A stretch of DNA of 64,000 nucleotides from Candidatus Hydrogenedentota bacterium (GTDB taxonomy: Bacteria > Hydrogenedentota > Hydrogenedentia > Hydrogenedentales > SLHB01): positions 96,001-160,000 of the forward strand of contig BTWA01000003.1 in NCBI GenBank assembly GCA_045863295.1. Reading direction: 5' to 3'. The position numbers and the translations under genes are program-made. This document shows positions 1 through 9,065 of the stretch, piece after piece. Each line of letters opens with the position of its first letter. Positions within the stretch are counted from its first letter, which is position 1. The notes beneath the pieces were generated by a model. It was given only the letters and a program-made list of their open reading frames with translations, made no database searches and was not told where the DNA came from.

Positions 1-2
1 AT

Positions 3-287
3 GGGCAAGCGACCGCATTCGAAAAACCAGCAGAAATTCGATACGACGATATCGTCAAAGCCACCCCGGAATACAAGGAAATCAAGGAAAAAAAGATCGA
101 ACGTGGCACCGGGAAATACTGGCTACTGATGAGCCAAGCCAGCGACAGAGCGGTAAAGGCAATCGCCACGGTGGGAAAAGACAGCGAATACGACCTCATT
201 GCGGCTTCAGGGTACCTGGGCAAACTTGAACCCGCCATCACTGCCACAGACATCACCGAGTTGGTCCTGGAGGCCATCAAAGGGTAG
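3..287 (+). CDS. 5'-truncated CDS, possibly OmpH/Skp-like periplasmic protein (C-terminal part)
   Basis: Frame 3 is open from the window edge to TAG 285-287 (...AIATVGKDSEYDLIAAS...ATDITELVLEAIKG*). The YDLI...DIT..VL ending resembles Skp/OmpH. Not in the ORF track. Confidence 0.5.
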   Translation, partial: GQATAFEKPAEIRYDDIVKATPEYKEIKEKKIERGTGKYWLLMSQASDRAVKAIATVGKDSEYDLIAASGYLGKLEPAITATDITELVLEAIKG

Positions 288-363
288 CATACCGTGCCCT
301 GCCCGGGAGCAGTCACAGGGCCATGAACGGAGTCACCTACGGAATGAACGGGGGCGGACCATT

Positions 364-1329
364 GTGCGATTTTGGCTTAGCGTTACTTTAGTCACAGCGC
401 TATGGGCTGGTTGTGCCGCCCCCCGATCAACCTCGCCAAGCGCTAACCTTCCCAATCCGTCCAACCGAATGTCGGCAAACCGGACAGCGGAAAGGGAAGT
501 GGAAAGTGCCAAACAATATCTGGATTCCGGCGAATACAGCCTCGCCATTCCCAGATTCATCCATCTGATCGGAAAATATCCAAATACGCCCGCCTCGACC
601 GAGGCGCGCTATTGGCTCGGAGTTACCTACAGCAAAGTAAAAAGCTATCAAGACGCCATGCTCATGCTGAAGGAATACCTGGAAATGGCGCCAGAGGGAA
701 AATTCGCCGCCGAAGGCTCGGCGTTGCTGAATGAACTCTCCGAAGAATACCAGTCGAAATTCTGGACCACGGAAAAATTCGAAAATCGAGCGAACGAACT
801 GAAACAACAACTGGCAAGCAATCCGAAAAACCTGACCGTCCAATTGGAATTAGCCGATCTGTACTGGAAACGCGGAGATTACGAAAATTCCGGCCGACTG
901 TACGTGGAGATTGTGGAAGATCATCCCGAATACTTGAAGGACGCAACCATCGTCACTCGCATCGAACCCTTGCCCACCGGCGAATACGTGGTCTTGACCC
1001 CCGCGGAAATTCAACGTCGGGCCTACGAAGACATGCCCCTTCAGGTGTTCAACGAAACCGCGTTTAAATCCGGCGAGGATTTATTGACGCGCAGGCCCCG
1101 GTACTATGTGGTTACCGGTCAATGCGTGAACCGTGGAGACAGTGTCCTGTACGGCGTTCAAATCAATTGCAGTATCTATGGATTTGGCAGTGTGGTACTC
1201 GATACAAGCACCATCAATATCGGGCGCCTCGCACCCGGAGAGATCCGCGCGTTTAGCGTTCGGTTCAGCAACTTTCCAAATATCGACGACATACACCGCC
1301 ACGAGTGCGTGGGGGTATTCGAACGATGA
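364..1329 (+). CDS. TPR-repeat lipoprotein (BamD/CpoB-like TPRs) with C-terminal FxLYD-like Ig domain
   Basis: GTG start at 364 gives a signal peptide with lipobox LWAGC. TPR motifs EARYWLG..Y and LELADLYW. C-terminus VVTGQCVNRG...GRLAPGEIRAFSV. Confidence 0.75.
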   Translation: MRFWLSVTLVTALWAGCAAPRSTSPSANLPNPSNRMSANRTAEREVESAKQYLDSGEYSLAIPRFIHLIGKYPNTPASTEARYWLGVTYSKVKSYQDAMLMLKEYLEMAPEGKFAAEGSALLNELSEEYQSKFWTTEKFENRANELKQQLASNPKNLTVQLELADLYWKRGDYENSGRLYVEIVEDHPEYLKDATIVTRIEPLPTGEYVVLTPAEIQRRAYEDMPLQVFNETAFKSGEDLLTRRPRYYVVTGQCVNRGDSVLYGVQINCSIYGFGSVVLDTSTINIGRLAPGEIRAFSVRFSNFPNIDDIHRHECVGVFER

Positions 1330-2540
1330 AGTATCCAAATCGCATAGTCGTCCGATGGACGTTGCGCGGCGCCATGGCCATGGCGGCATGCATGACACCC
1401 TGTATGGTCTGGGCACAGGCGCCAGCCGAACCGCCGCCCCTTACGGCCCCGACCGTAATGCTCATGCCCACCCTCCAGGAGGGCACGCCGCAACAAGTCA
1501 GCGTCTCCGTAAAGGTCGTTGAGTTTCAGGCCACCAAGGGCGTGGAAACAGGCTTCAGCGCCTACTTCGCGCGACGCAACAAAACCCGCCCCTGGGGGCG
1601 CGTCTCCAGCGGAAACGGCGCCATTACAACCGCCGATCTATCCTTTCCCATGGATGCCGAAGCAGCGATTACGGTTTTCCTCGACAAGATCCGCATGTCG
1701 GAAGGCGATCTGGAGTTCGTGCTGCAGGCGCTAGCAAACGAGAACAAGGCCTTCATTCTCTCCCAACCCAAACAACTCGTGCGAGTACGCTCGGCCATGC
1801 CAAGCGTTATCAAAACAGTTCAGGAAAACCCCTATGAACAGCCAGTGGTCGTAGGCCAGACCATTATCGGCACGACCGCATTCCGCAACACCGGCGTTAC
1901 CCTCGAAGTATTCGCACCCGATGTGATCGATGACGACCTGGATTGGAATACCACGGAAGATACCTATGTCCGGCTCGTGTTGCGCGCCTCGGTGAATGAA
2001 CTGGGTGAAAACCTTATCATCGCCGTGGATGACCGCATTATCGGCGCGGACCAGATCAGCGCCCCCTCCTTCGTCTCACGCAGCATCGAAACGGAAGTCT
2101 GGGTGCGCAACGGACAAGTGTTGATACTCGGCGGACTCTACCGCAACCGAAAAATCAAACAAGGCGAAACCGTGCCATGGTTGGCCCAGGCGGAAGACCT
2201 CGCGGTCGGCGTGGCCGAACGCCTGATCCCTGGCAATCTGATCGGCTCGCCGCTCACATCCACCATCGGCGCACGAGCGTCGGAAGAACAACGGCGCGAA
2301 CTCGTATTCTTCATCAAAGCGGAAATCTGGCGGCCCTCCTTCACCGTGGCCGACGAAATGGGCTTTGACGACGACGAGAAGGAAGAAGAAAAGGAAGGCA
2401 AACGGCCAACCGATGTGATTGGAGAAGTCATCGAAGGTGTCGGGCAAATCCCCAAAGGTATCGCGGAAGGCATCGCCGGCGACGCGCGGCCCGGACCTAC
2501 GAAAGTCGAACAGGACTTGAGCGGGGAGGGATTGCGATGA
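1326..2540 (+). CDS. short secretin-family (type II/III secretion) outer-membrane protein
   Basis: ATGA overlap with upstream stop and a signal peptide. Secretin motifs QVSVSVKVVE, ILSQP, NTGVTLEV, RSIETEVWVRNGQVLILGGL, VPWL, RELVFFI. Confidence 0.8.
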   Translation: MKYPNRIVVRWTLRGAMAMAACMTPCMVWAQAPAEPPPLTAPTVMLMPTLQEGTPQQVSVSVKVVEFQATKGVETGFSAYFARRNKTRPWGRVSSGNGAITTADLSFPMDAEAAITVFLDKIRMSEGDLEFVLQALANENKAFILSQPKQLVRVRSAMPSVIKTVQENPYEQPVVVGQTIIGTTAFRNTGVTLEVFAPDVIDDDLDWNTTEDTYVRLVLRASVNELGENLIIAVDDRIIGADQISAPSFVSRSIETEVWVRNGQVLILGGLYRNRKIKQGETVPWLAQAEDLAVGVAERLIPGNLIGSPLTSTIGARASEEQRRELVFFIKAEIWRPSFTVADEMGFDDDEKEEEKEGKRPTDVIGEVIEGVGQIPKGIAEGIAGDARPGPTKVEQDLSGEGLR

Positions 2541-3694
2541 ACTGCATCCGCACTTCAATCGCCTCCCTGTGCATATTCGCGGCATGTTGGCTGGCCACGG
2601 CACAAGACCCGGCCCCAGCACCACCCCCTGCCGACCCCGCCGCAGCCGCAGCACCGCCACCTGCGGAAGCGCCACCGCCCCCACCTCCACCGCCGCCGCA
2701 GCCATTGGACATCCCAATACGGCAGGTGCAGATTCAAGTATGGATTAGTCAAACCGACGAAGATGGACTGCGCGAGATCGGGTCCAATCTCAATTATGTC
2801 CGCCGTGTCCGCGACGATGAAACCGGAGCCGCGGTCGAACGTGTGCGAACCAACACCTTTGACCCGACCAGCGGACCGTTTACCACCGTACTGCCAGCGC
2901 CCGATGGCGGACCGTACAGGGACAACGTGCGCCTGACGCCGGAATCCAACACCCCTTGGACTCCGGGCAACATCCTGCTGACCGACCCAAACAATCCCGA
3001 AGAGTTCTTCGTGGACACGCGCGCAGGCGCCGGATTGACCTATTCGATCATCGACGACGACCGTGGAACCATTGAAGGACTTATTCGGGCAATCGAATCG
3101 AAAACCGATTCCGATCTTATTTCGAAACCGTCCTTGCTCGTTGTCGATAAAGCAAAGGCCACCATTAAGACTGGCGACGAAATCCCTTATCAAAACGTCG
3201 AGTACAAAAACGGCCAACCTGTACTGGGAATCACCTGGAAACCCATCGGCGTGAATATACAATTGATGCCGCAAATCCTCGGCGAAGGCCTGATCGCCAT
3301 TGACATCACGCAGCTTGAAGTCATCGACCGGCTGCGCGACACACCCATTCAAGGCCTGCAAGTGCCCATCTTCTCCACCCGCTCCCAAAGCGGCTCCGTA
3401 TTGATTCCGAACGGAGAAAGCCTCGTCATCGGTGGTCTTTCCAGCCGCGTTGTGCGCTCCGCTGAAAGACGCGTGCCGATCGTAGGCAAATTGCCCTTTG
3501 TCGGCGCACCATTCCGCGGACGCCGCAACGAAGCCCTCAATTCACATCTACTCGTGTTCATCATGCCAACCGAAGTAAACCTCCGAGACACAAACGAAAC
3601 CATGCAGGGGGCACTGGACTTCTGGCGCGAGACCGAATGGCGCAACCGTGAACGGATCGAAGAAGAAATCCAATACATGGAAGATTCACTGTAA
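2537..3694 (+). CDS. short secretin-family protein with Pro-rich N-terminus
   Basis: ATGA overlap, signal peptide, then a poly-Pro linker. Motifs QVQIQVWI, ISKPSLLV, IKTGDEIPY, GVNIQLMP, NGESLVIGGL, VPIVGKLPFVG.PF, LLVFIMP. Confidence 0.85.
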   Translation: MNCIRTSIASLCIFAACWLATAQDPAPAPPPADPAAAAAPPPAEAPPPPPPPPPQPLDIPIRQVQIQVWISQTDEDGLREIGSNLNYVRRVRDDETGAAVERVRTNTFDPTSGPFTTVLPAPDGGPYRDNVRLTPESNTPWTPGNILLTDPNNPEEFFVDTRAGAGLTYSIIDDDRGTIEGLIRAIESKTDSDLISKPSLLVVDKAKATIKTGDEIPYQNVEYKNGQPVLGITWKPIGVNIQLMPQILGEGLIAIDITQLEVIDRLRDTPIQGLQVPIFSTRSQSGSVLIPNGESLVIGGLSSRVVRSAERRVPIVGKLPFVGAPFRGRRNEALNSHLLVFIMPTEVNLRDTNETMQGALDFWRETEWRNRERIEEEIQYMEDSL

Positions 3695-4343
3695 CGGCCG
3701 ATCGCCAAACAGAATGCCTGATCCCTCAAAAGGGTGTACTGTTCCACGGACTGATTTCGCATAAACTTGCCATGGATATGGATTGGTTTCGCGCGTGCGT
3801 CCAATAAGCAAAAAACAACCGGTCACGGTCATGGAGAGAGTCAAGGCCATATAGAGGGTCTGCCCGCCTTTGCTTGTTTTTCGCCCACGGGACGGTGATA
3901 AGTGCCTTGGGCAGTTGGAAAACGCCATTGGCATTCATAAGCGTGGCTTGAGTACTAGCCTAGTGTGGAAGCCCCCAACGCGACAGCGTCGCCACGCCTT
4001 AAATGCAACATCCTTTTTCCGCTCCCCGCCACCCTCATACCCGACAATTCAATAATTAACCCTTGTTTTGTAAAAATACGATGATCAGGTGGCGTAGCGC
4101 CGCCACCATACCCCAAATCGCTATATGGAATGCGCTGGCAGAAGCCGCCTCAAAGCGGCTGGCGACGGCGCCTTGGCTCGGTGGACGTGATCGCGGGCGA
4201 GGAGGTTAAGCGATTGCGCGGACCAAAACGGGTGAGCACTGAGTTTTTGCCCAGGCCGACGCGAACGGCGTTTCCCGTTTTCCGGGTGGCGGCGACTATG
4301 GAGTACCCATTAAGGAAAGGGTCGTTTGGAGACACTGAAGGCC

Positions 4344-7019
4344 ATGCCCATGGACGATGCCGCGCTGCTGGAACGGTGGACACGCCGCCGGGATACGGAG
4401 GCGTTCAACGAGATTGTTGAACGGTTCGCGGGACAGGTATTTGGCACGTGCCGACGGGTCTTGAACAACGATGCGGATGCGGAGGAGGTGGCTCAGGAGG
4501 CGTTCTTCGCGTTGGCGCGATGTCCGGCGGACGTTCGTACATCGTTGGGTGGATGGCTGCATCGGGTGGCGACGTACAAAAGCAGGGATCGCATTCGCGG
4601 TGAAGTGCGGCGGCGGCATCGGGAATTTGTCTATGGCCAATCAATGCCTGCGTCGGTGGAACCGCGGTGGAACGACATACGCGAGTATGTAGATGAGGCG
4701 ATCGAAGCGATCCCGGAGGAGTTGCGCGATGCCGTTGTCGCTCACTTTCTGGGGCGGAAGGCGCACGCGGAAATCGCGGCCGAACTGGGTCTTACGCGCC
4801 GCGCGGTGTCGTACCGGATTGAGCGCGGGCTTGAGGCCGTGCGCGGCGAACTCCGGCGGCGAGGCGTGGCGGTGTCCGCGGCCGCGCTTGGAACCTCGCT
4901 CGCTTCGGACGTATCCGCAGCCCCACTTTCCTTAAAGGCTTCACTGGGAAAACTTGCCATCGCCGCCGGAACGACTTCCGGAGCAGGCGGGTCCACCGCC
5001 ATCAGCAGCATGCTGGGGAGCCTCTTGGTCATGAAGACAAAGACATTGCTAGTTGCAGGGATCATGGTCGCCATTGCGGCCGGCCTTTATTACGCGATTT
5101 CGCGCGGCGGGGACACCGCGCCGGACTGGAGCCACGTTCCTGAAGTCAAAGGGGTGTCAAGCACTTTGGCGGATGGCCCCACTTCCGTGGTGGCGCCTCC
5201 ACCCAAGACCCGGGTGGAAATTGTCCCTGCGGTGGAAACGCCTACATTGGACACGTTGCTCGCACTTTCGCGACTGGAATTGGAGCGCGAATCGGATCGG
5301 TATCCGCTCATTACGGATCCTTCCCAGTATGCCTCGGTCTCGGGCACGGTAATCGACGGGGACGGCTATCCCGTGCCCGATGCGACGATAGCGCTAGTGC
5401 CGACACACGCGTGGGGCCAACTGCCGGATTCTGAAGACATTGCACACACGGCGGCCAGCGGCGCAGACGGCGTCTATCGCATCGAATCCATCAGGCGCAC
5501 GGGGGATTTTCGCGTCGTCGCTACGAAGCCCGGCTTTGAGTCGGAAGCGGTGTACACCGCGGTCCAAGCGGGGAAGGACGCGATTGTCGACATAACGATG
5601 AAGGGTGGATTTAGCATCCAGGGACGCGTCGTGACGGCGACGGGAGGGCCTGTTCCGGGTGCATATCTCTATTGCATTGGCCTGACGGGCCCGAGAGATC
5701 TCGTCCACGATCTGACTCGCGCCACGCAAACCGATGGCGAAGGGTACTTCTCTTTTGGTTTCAAAGAGGATCAGGTGGGGTTGGTGGCGGCGTTCCGCGT
5801 TCAATCCGCGAAACACGGCGACCGCACGTTCCCGGACATCCTCATTCAAAATAATTCCCTGATCGAGCTGCGCCTGGAGCCGCCCGCCGTCATCCGCGGC
5901 ACGGTACGAGACAGTTCGGACAAGCCCTTGTCGGGCGCGCGGCTGACGTTTTACGCGGCAAAGTCCATTGATGTCGAGCGTGCCGACGGCGAGATTTGGG
6001 CCAGTCCCTCGTACGCAGGTAGTTTTTTGGCGGTCAGCGACGGGTCTGGCCGCTATGCGACGGAAGTGGACACCGGCATGGAGTTTCATGTCAATGTTGA
6101 AGTGCATGGGTTTGATGATGGCCGCGAACGAATGGAGATAATCAAGGCATTGGCTGCGGGCGAAACGCGGGAGTATAACCCCGTGTTCAACACGGACACC
6201 ATTGCGGTTCATGCTGCGTTCGTCGGTCAAGAGTCCGGCCAACCGCTGACACAGTACGTTCCCATCGAGGCCTTCGCGATTTATGAGGGGAAGACCGTGG
6301 CGAAAGGCCAACAGGACGGACTTTTCGCGGCCCGGTTCACGTTGCCGGGCGCCAAGGGGGCCTATTCCTTCCAAGCGCGGTATATGTACGATGCGGACGT
6401 GGCGGGCGATATTTCAGCGGTGTATGAGTTGGAGGGCGGCGACGAGATCGAGATTGAATTGAATGTCCCCGATCCGCAGCGTTTTGAAGTACGCGTCGTG
6501 GACCCCAACGGCAGTCCTGTGGAAGGCGCGCGCATACGGTTTCAGACGGAAACATGGGGAGGCAACGCAATCAGTTACGGCCAGACCAACGCCGATGGCC
6601 GCCTTAGCGAGCCCATTCTGCTTGCGCCGATGAGCGGAGCCCGGATGATTGTGGAGAAGCCCGGATATGCGCTGGCTTTTGGGCAACCTTTCTCGGAACA
6701 AAGTCCGGGAACGGTGCATCCCGAGGAAACCGTTGTGCTCTGGCCGGGGGCGGGCTTCGAGGGAGTGTTGCTGGATAGCGCAAAACAACCGCTCGCGAAC
6801 ACGGCGATTGCCATTTCCGTGACCAATCGCGAAGGCCAGGAATGGCCTCTGCATGCGGCGACCGATTCAGCCGGGCATTTTACGATCGTGAGCGAGGCGC
6901 CGGCCGATGTGGTGGATATAGCCGTCTTTGCCGGCGACGGGGCCGGAACAAGCGTCGCTCAACAGATGCAACTGGAGGCCAACGCAATTGCGTGGCTTGG
7001 GGAGTTTACGTTGGAGTGA
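4344..7019 (+). CDS. ECF sigma-70 factor with transmembrane segment and C-terminal carboxypeptidase-regulatory-like (Ig) repeats
   Basis: Region 2 DAEEVAQEAF..WL and region 4 HAEIAAELGLTRRAVSYRI. TM helix LLVAGIMVAIAAGLYY. Repeated G.V.D..G.P(V/L).GA motifs. Start codon uncertain (4326/4344/4350). Confidence 0.85.
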   Translation: MPMDDAALLERWTRRRDTEAFNEIVERFAGQVFGTCRRVLNNDADAEEVAQEAFFALARCPADVRTSLGGWLHRVATYKSRDRIRGEVRRRHREFVYGQSMPASVEPRWNDIREYVDEAIEAIPEELRDAVVAHFLGRKAHAEIAAELGLTRRAVSYRIERGLEAVRGELRRRGVAVSAAALGTSLASDVSAAPLSLKASLGKLAIAAGTTSGAGGSTAISSMLGSLLVMKTKTLLVAGIMVAIAAGLYYAISRGGDTAPDWSHVPEVKGVSSTLADGPTSVVAPPPKTRVEIVPAVETPTLDTLLALSRLELERESDRYPLITDPSQYASVSGTVIDGDGYPVPDATIALVPTHAWGQLPDSEDIAHTAASGADGVYRIESIRRTGDFRVVATKPGFESEAVYTAVQAGKDAIVDITMKGGFSIQGRVVTATGGPVPGAYLYCIGLTGPRDLVHDLTRATQTDGEGYFSFGFKEDQVGLVAAFRVQSAKHGDRTFPDILIQNNSLIELRLEPPAVIRGTVRDSSDKPLSGARLTFYAAKSIDVERADGEIWASPSYAGSFLAVSDGSGRYATEVDTGMEFHVNVEVHGFDDGRERMEIIKALAAGETREYNPVFNTDTIAVHAAFVGQESGQPLTQYVPIEAFAIYEGKTVAKGQQDGLFAARFTLPGAKGAYSFQARYMYDADVAGDISAVYELEGGDEIEIELNVPDPQRFEVRVVDPNGSPVEGARIRFQTETWGGNAISYGQTNADGRLSEPILLAPMSGARMIVEKPGYALAFGQPFSEQSPGTVHPEETVVLWPGAGFEGVLLDSAKQPLANTAIAISVTNREGQEWPLHAATDSAGHFTIVSEAPADVVDIAVFAGDGAGTSVAQQMQLEANAIAWLGEFTLE

Positions 7020-7130
7020 GGCACGCAGGTGGACGTGGGCGATGAATGAAGATTGCCCGGCGAACCCGCCGGCAGATATCGATTGAAGAAACGATCTTCA
7101 TGAATGACTATCTCTGGGACTTTGCGCAAC

Positions 7131-8927
7131 TCATTTCTCGATCACGAATTCGTCTTTCAGGTTGCCGTCGATGTCGAAGGCTTTGTAGACAAGGCGGTCT
7201 CCCATGATTTGAATGTCGAGCGTGTGGTAGAGGGAGATGTTGGTCAGCCCGAACTCCTTGTAGTCGAAGTCTCCCTGATCGTAGAACTTGGTGCCGGATA
7301 CGGACACGATATAAATGGTGCCTTCGGCAGCGGACCCCACTCGCTGTTCGCCCTTCATGGGATACGTTCGCAAATAGGCGTGGTCGTGGCCTTGCAGAGC
7401 GAGGTCCACGTGATACTTGTCAAAGATGGAACCCCAAATCTTACGAACCTCCGGATTGTCTCTTTCAGGGCCGGAAGAGTAAGCGGGATGGTGATAGCAA
7501 ACGAACTTCCATGTCGCCGTCGAATTGGCAAGGATGTCGTCCAGCCATGGGGCCTGGGTTTCCGCCGGGAGGTTGGAATCGAGCACGACAAAGAGCGCAT
7601 TGCTGTAATTGAACCAGTACGCCTTTTCGGGGGCGATTTCCTTGGGGCCGTGTTCGGGCAATTTGAACTGCTTTAAATACAGTTCGGGTTCGCCGCCCTG
7701 GTATTCGTGGTTGCCGAGCACTGGGACCAATTGGCGCTTGTCGAAGACGCCTTGCGCATTTTCGAAGAACATATCCCAATCATCGCGTTCGGCACCTCGA
7801 TTCACGAGATCGCCCGCCATGATATAGAAAGCGGCGTCGGGGCGTTTGTTGTAGGCGTTGTGCACGAGCGTGCCCCATCGTTCGAGTCCGTTCTGGGCGT
7901 CGCCCATGTAGACGAACGAGAACGGCTCTATGCCTTCGGGGGCGGTGGTGAATTCGTTGTACTCGGTCCACCCTTTTTCGGTGCCATCGCCGACGGCGTA
8001 TAAGTAGGTGGTTTCAGGTTCGAGGCCGAGCAGTACCGCGGTGTGGCGGTTAACGACGGGGTTGTTGACGACGTTGGGGGTTTCCAGTTTTTCCGTCTGC
8101 GCAGCCACGATTACGGGCTTGCCCGGATTGACGGTTTTGAAGTCGGCCTTCTTGATATAGGCCACGGCCCCTTTATGCACGTTTTCGCTGGTGCGCCATT
8201 GAATGGCCTGGGTTGTTTTCGGGTCGTCGCTCCAGGTGAGCACGATGTGGTCTGGGCGGTCGGACGCTGGGTATTCGGTATACCGGAACAGGTTGACCAA
8301 TTGAGCGTCACGCCGTTTGGCATAAGCGCCTCGCAGAAGGACAGCGCCCTCCAAGTCGGCCGGGATCTCGGTGATTGCGGTCTCGCCGTCACCGAACGCC
8401 GAGGTGCCTTTTTCGAGGATGCCGGTGGTATGAACGGCCGGGTAGACTTCGGTGACCTCGATGGTAGCCCCGGATTGCAGTGGCTTCATGGCGACGAAAT
8501 AGTGATCGCCCCCTCCGGACAACGAATTGACGCCAAGACCGATGGCACCGGGATCAAAGTTCTTCTTCCACACGTCAAAGGGCCGGCGGCCGACCATGAC
8601 CTTCATGCCGGTCCGCTCAAAGTTCCGTTCCTTTAGCCAATAGGGTTCTTCCCCGAGGCGTTCGTCTCGCATCACATACAGTGTGACTGACTGATTCACC
8701 CGGAACGAAATGTGGTGGTTGGCGAGAATGTCGCGCTCTTCCGGCGTAAGTGCTTCGAGCGCCTGATCGACCGTCAAGCCGGTTAACTGTTCGTGGGTCA
8801 TGGTTTTCGTAAACCGGCTGACGATGCCGGCCACGACGTCGTGGATGGAAGGATGGTCGCCAACATGCGCCCAAGCGCCAATAGTTGCGATGAACAGTCC
8901 GGTAAACACCAGCAGGAAACGCCGCAT
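7131..8927 (-). CDS. secreted purple acid phosphatase-type metallophosphoesterase (FN3 + calcineurin-like domain)
   Basis: GAGGAG RBS and signal peptide. FN3-like H...L.GLEPETTYLY.VG. Motifs MGD, GDLV, GNHE, HHP, GHDH. Confidence 0.88.
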   Translation of the reverse strand: MRRFLLVFTGLFIATIGAWAHVGDHPSIHDVVAGIVSRFTKTMTHEQLTGLTVDQALEALTPEERDILANHHISFRVNQSVTLYVMRDERLGEEPYWLKERNFERTGMKVMVGRRPFDVWKKNFDPGAIGLGVNSLSGGGDHYFVAMKPLQSGATIEVTEVYPAVHTTGILEKGTSAFGDGETAITEIPADLEGAVLLRGAYAKRRDAQLVNLFRYTEYPASDRPDHIVLTWSDDPKTTQAIQWRTSENVHKGAVAYIKKADFKTVNPGKPVIVAAQTEKLETPNVVNNPVVNRHTAVLLGLEPETTYLYAVGDGTEKGWTEYNEFTTAPEGIEPFSFVYMGDAQNGLERWGTLVHNAYNKRPDAAFYIMAGDLVNRGAERDDWDMFFENAQGVFDKRQLVPVLGNHEYQGGEPELYLKQFKLPEHGPKEIAPEKAYWFNYSNALFVVLDSNLPAETQAPWLDDILANSTATWKFVCYHHPAYSSGPERDNPEVRKIWGSIFDKYHVDLALQGHDHAYLRTYPMKGEQRVGSAAEGTIYIVSVSGTKFYDQGDFDYKEFGLTNISLYHTLDIQIMGDRLVYKAFDIDGNLKDEFVIEK

Positions 8928-9065
8928 GATGAACTCCTCGTGCAATTTCAAAGTCAATGCCGTGACACGGATCATTCCACTGTTTTGTTAGTCAAAGGTG
9001 AATCCGCGCCGGAAAAGGGCATGGTACCGGACGGTGCAGGGTTTTGACAAGGCAAGGGCGCCGCG

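Noticed and set aside
3695..4343. Replication origin, or small CDS/ncRNA in the gap
   Set aside because: I found no DnaA-box cluster, the skew reverses repeatedly elsewhere, and the short ORFs lack RBS or motifs.
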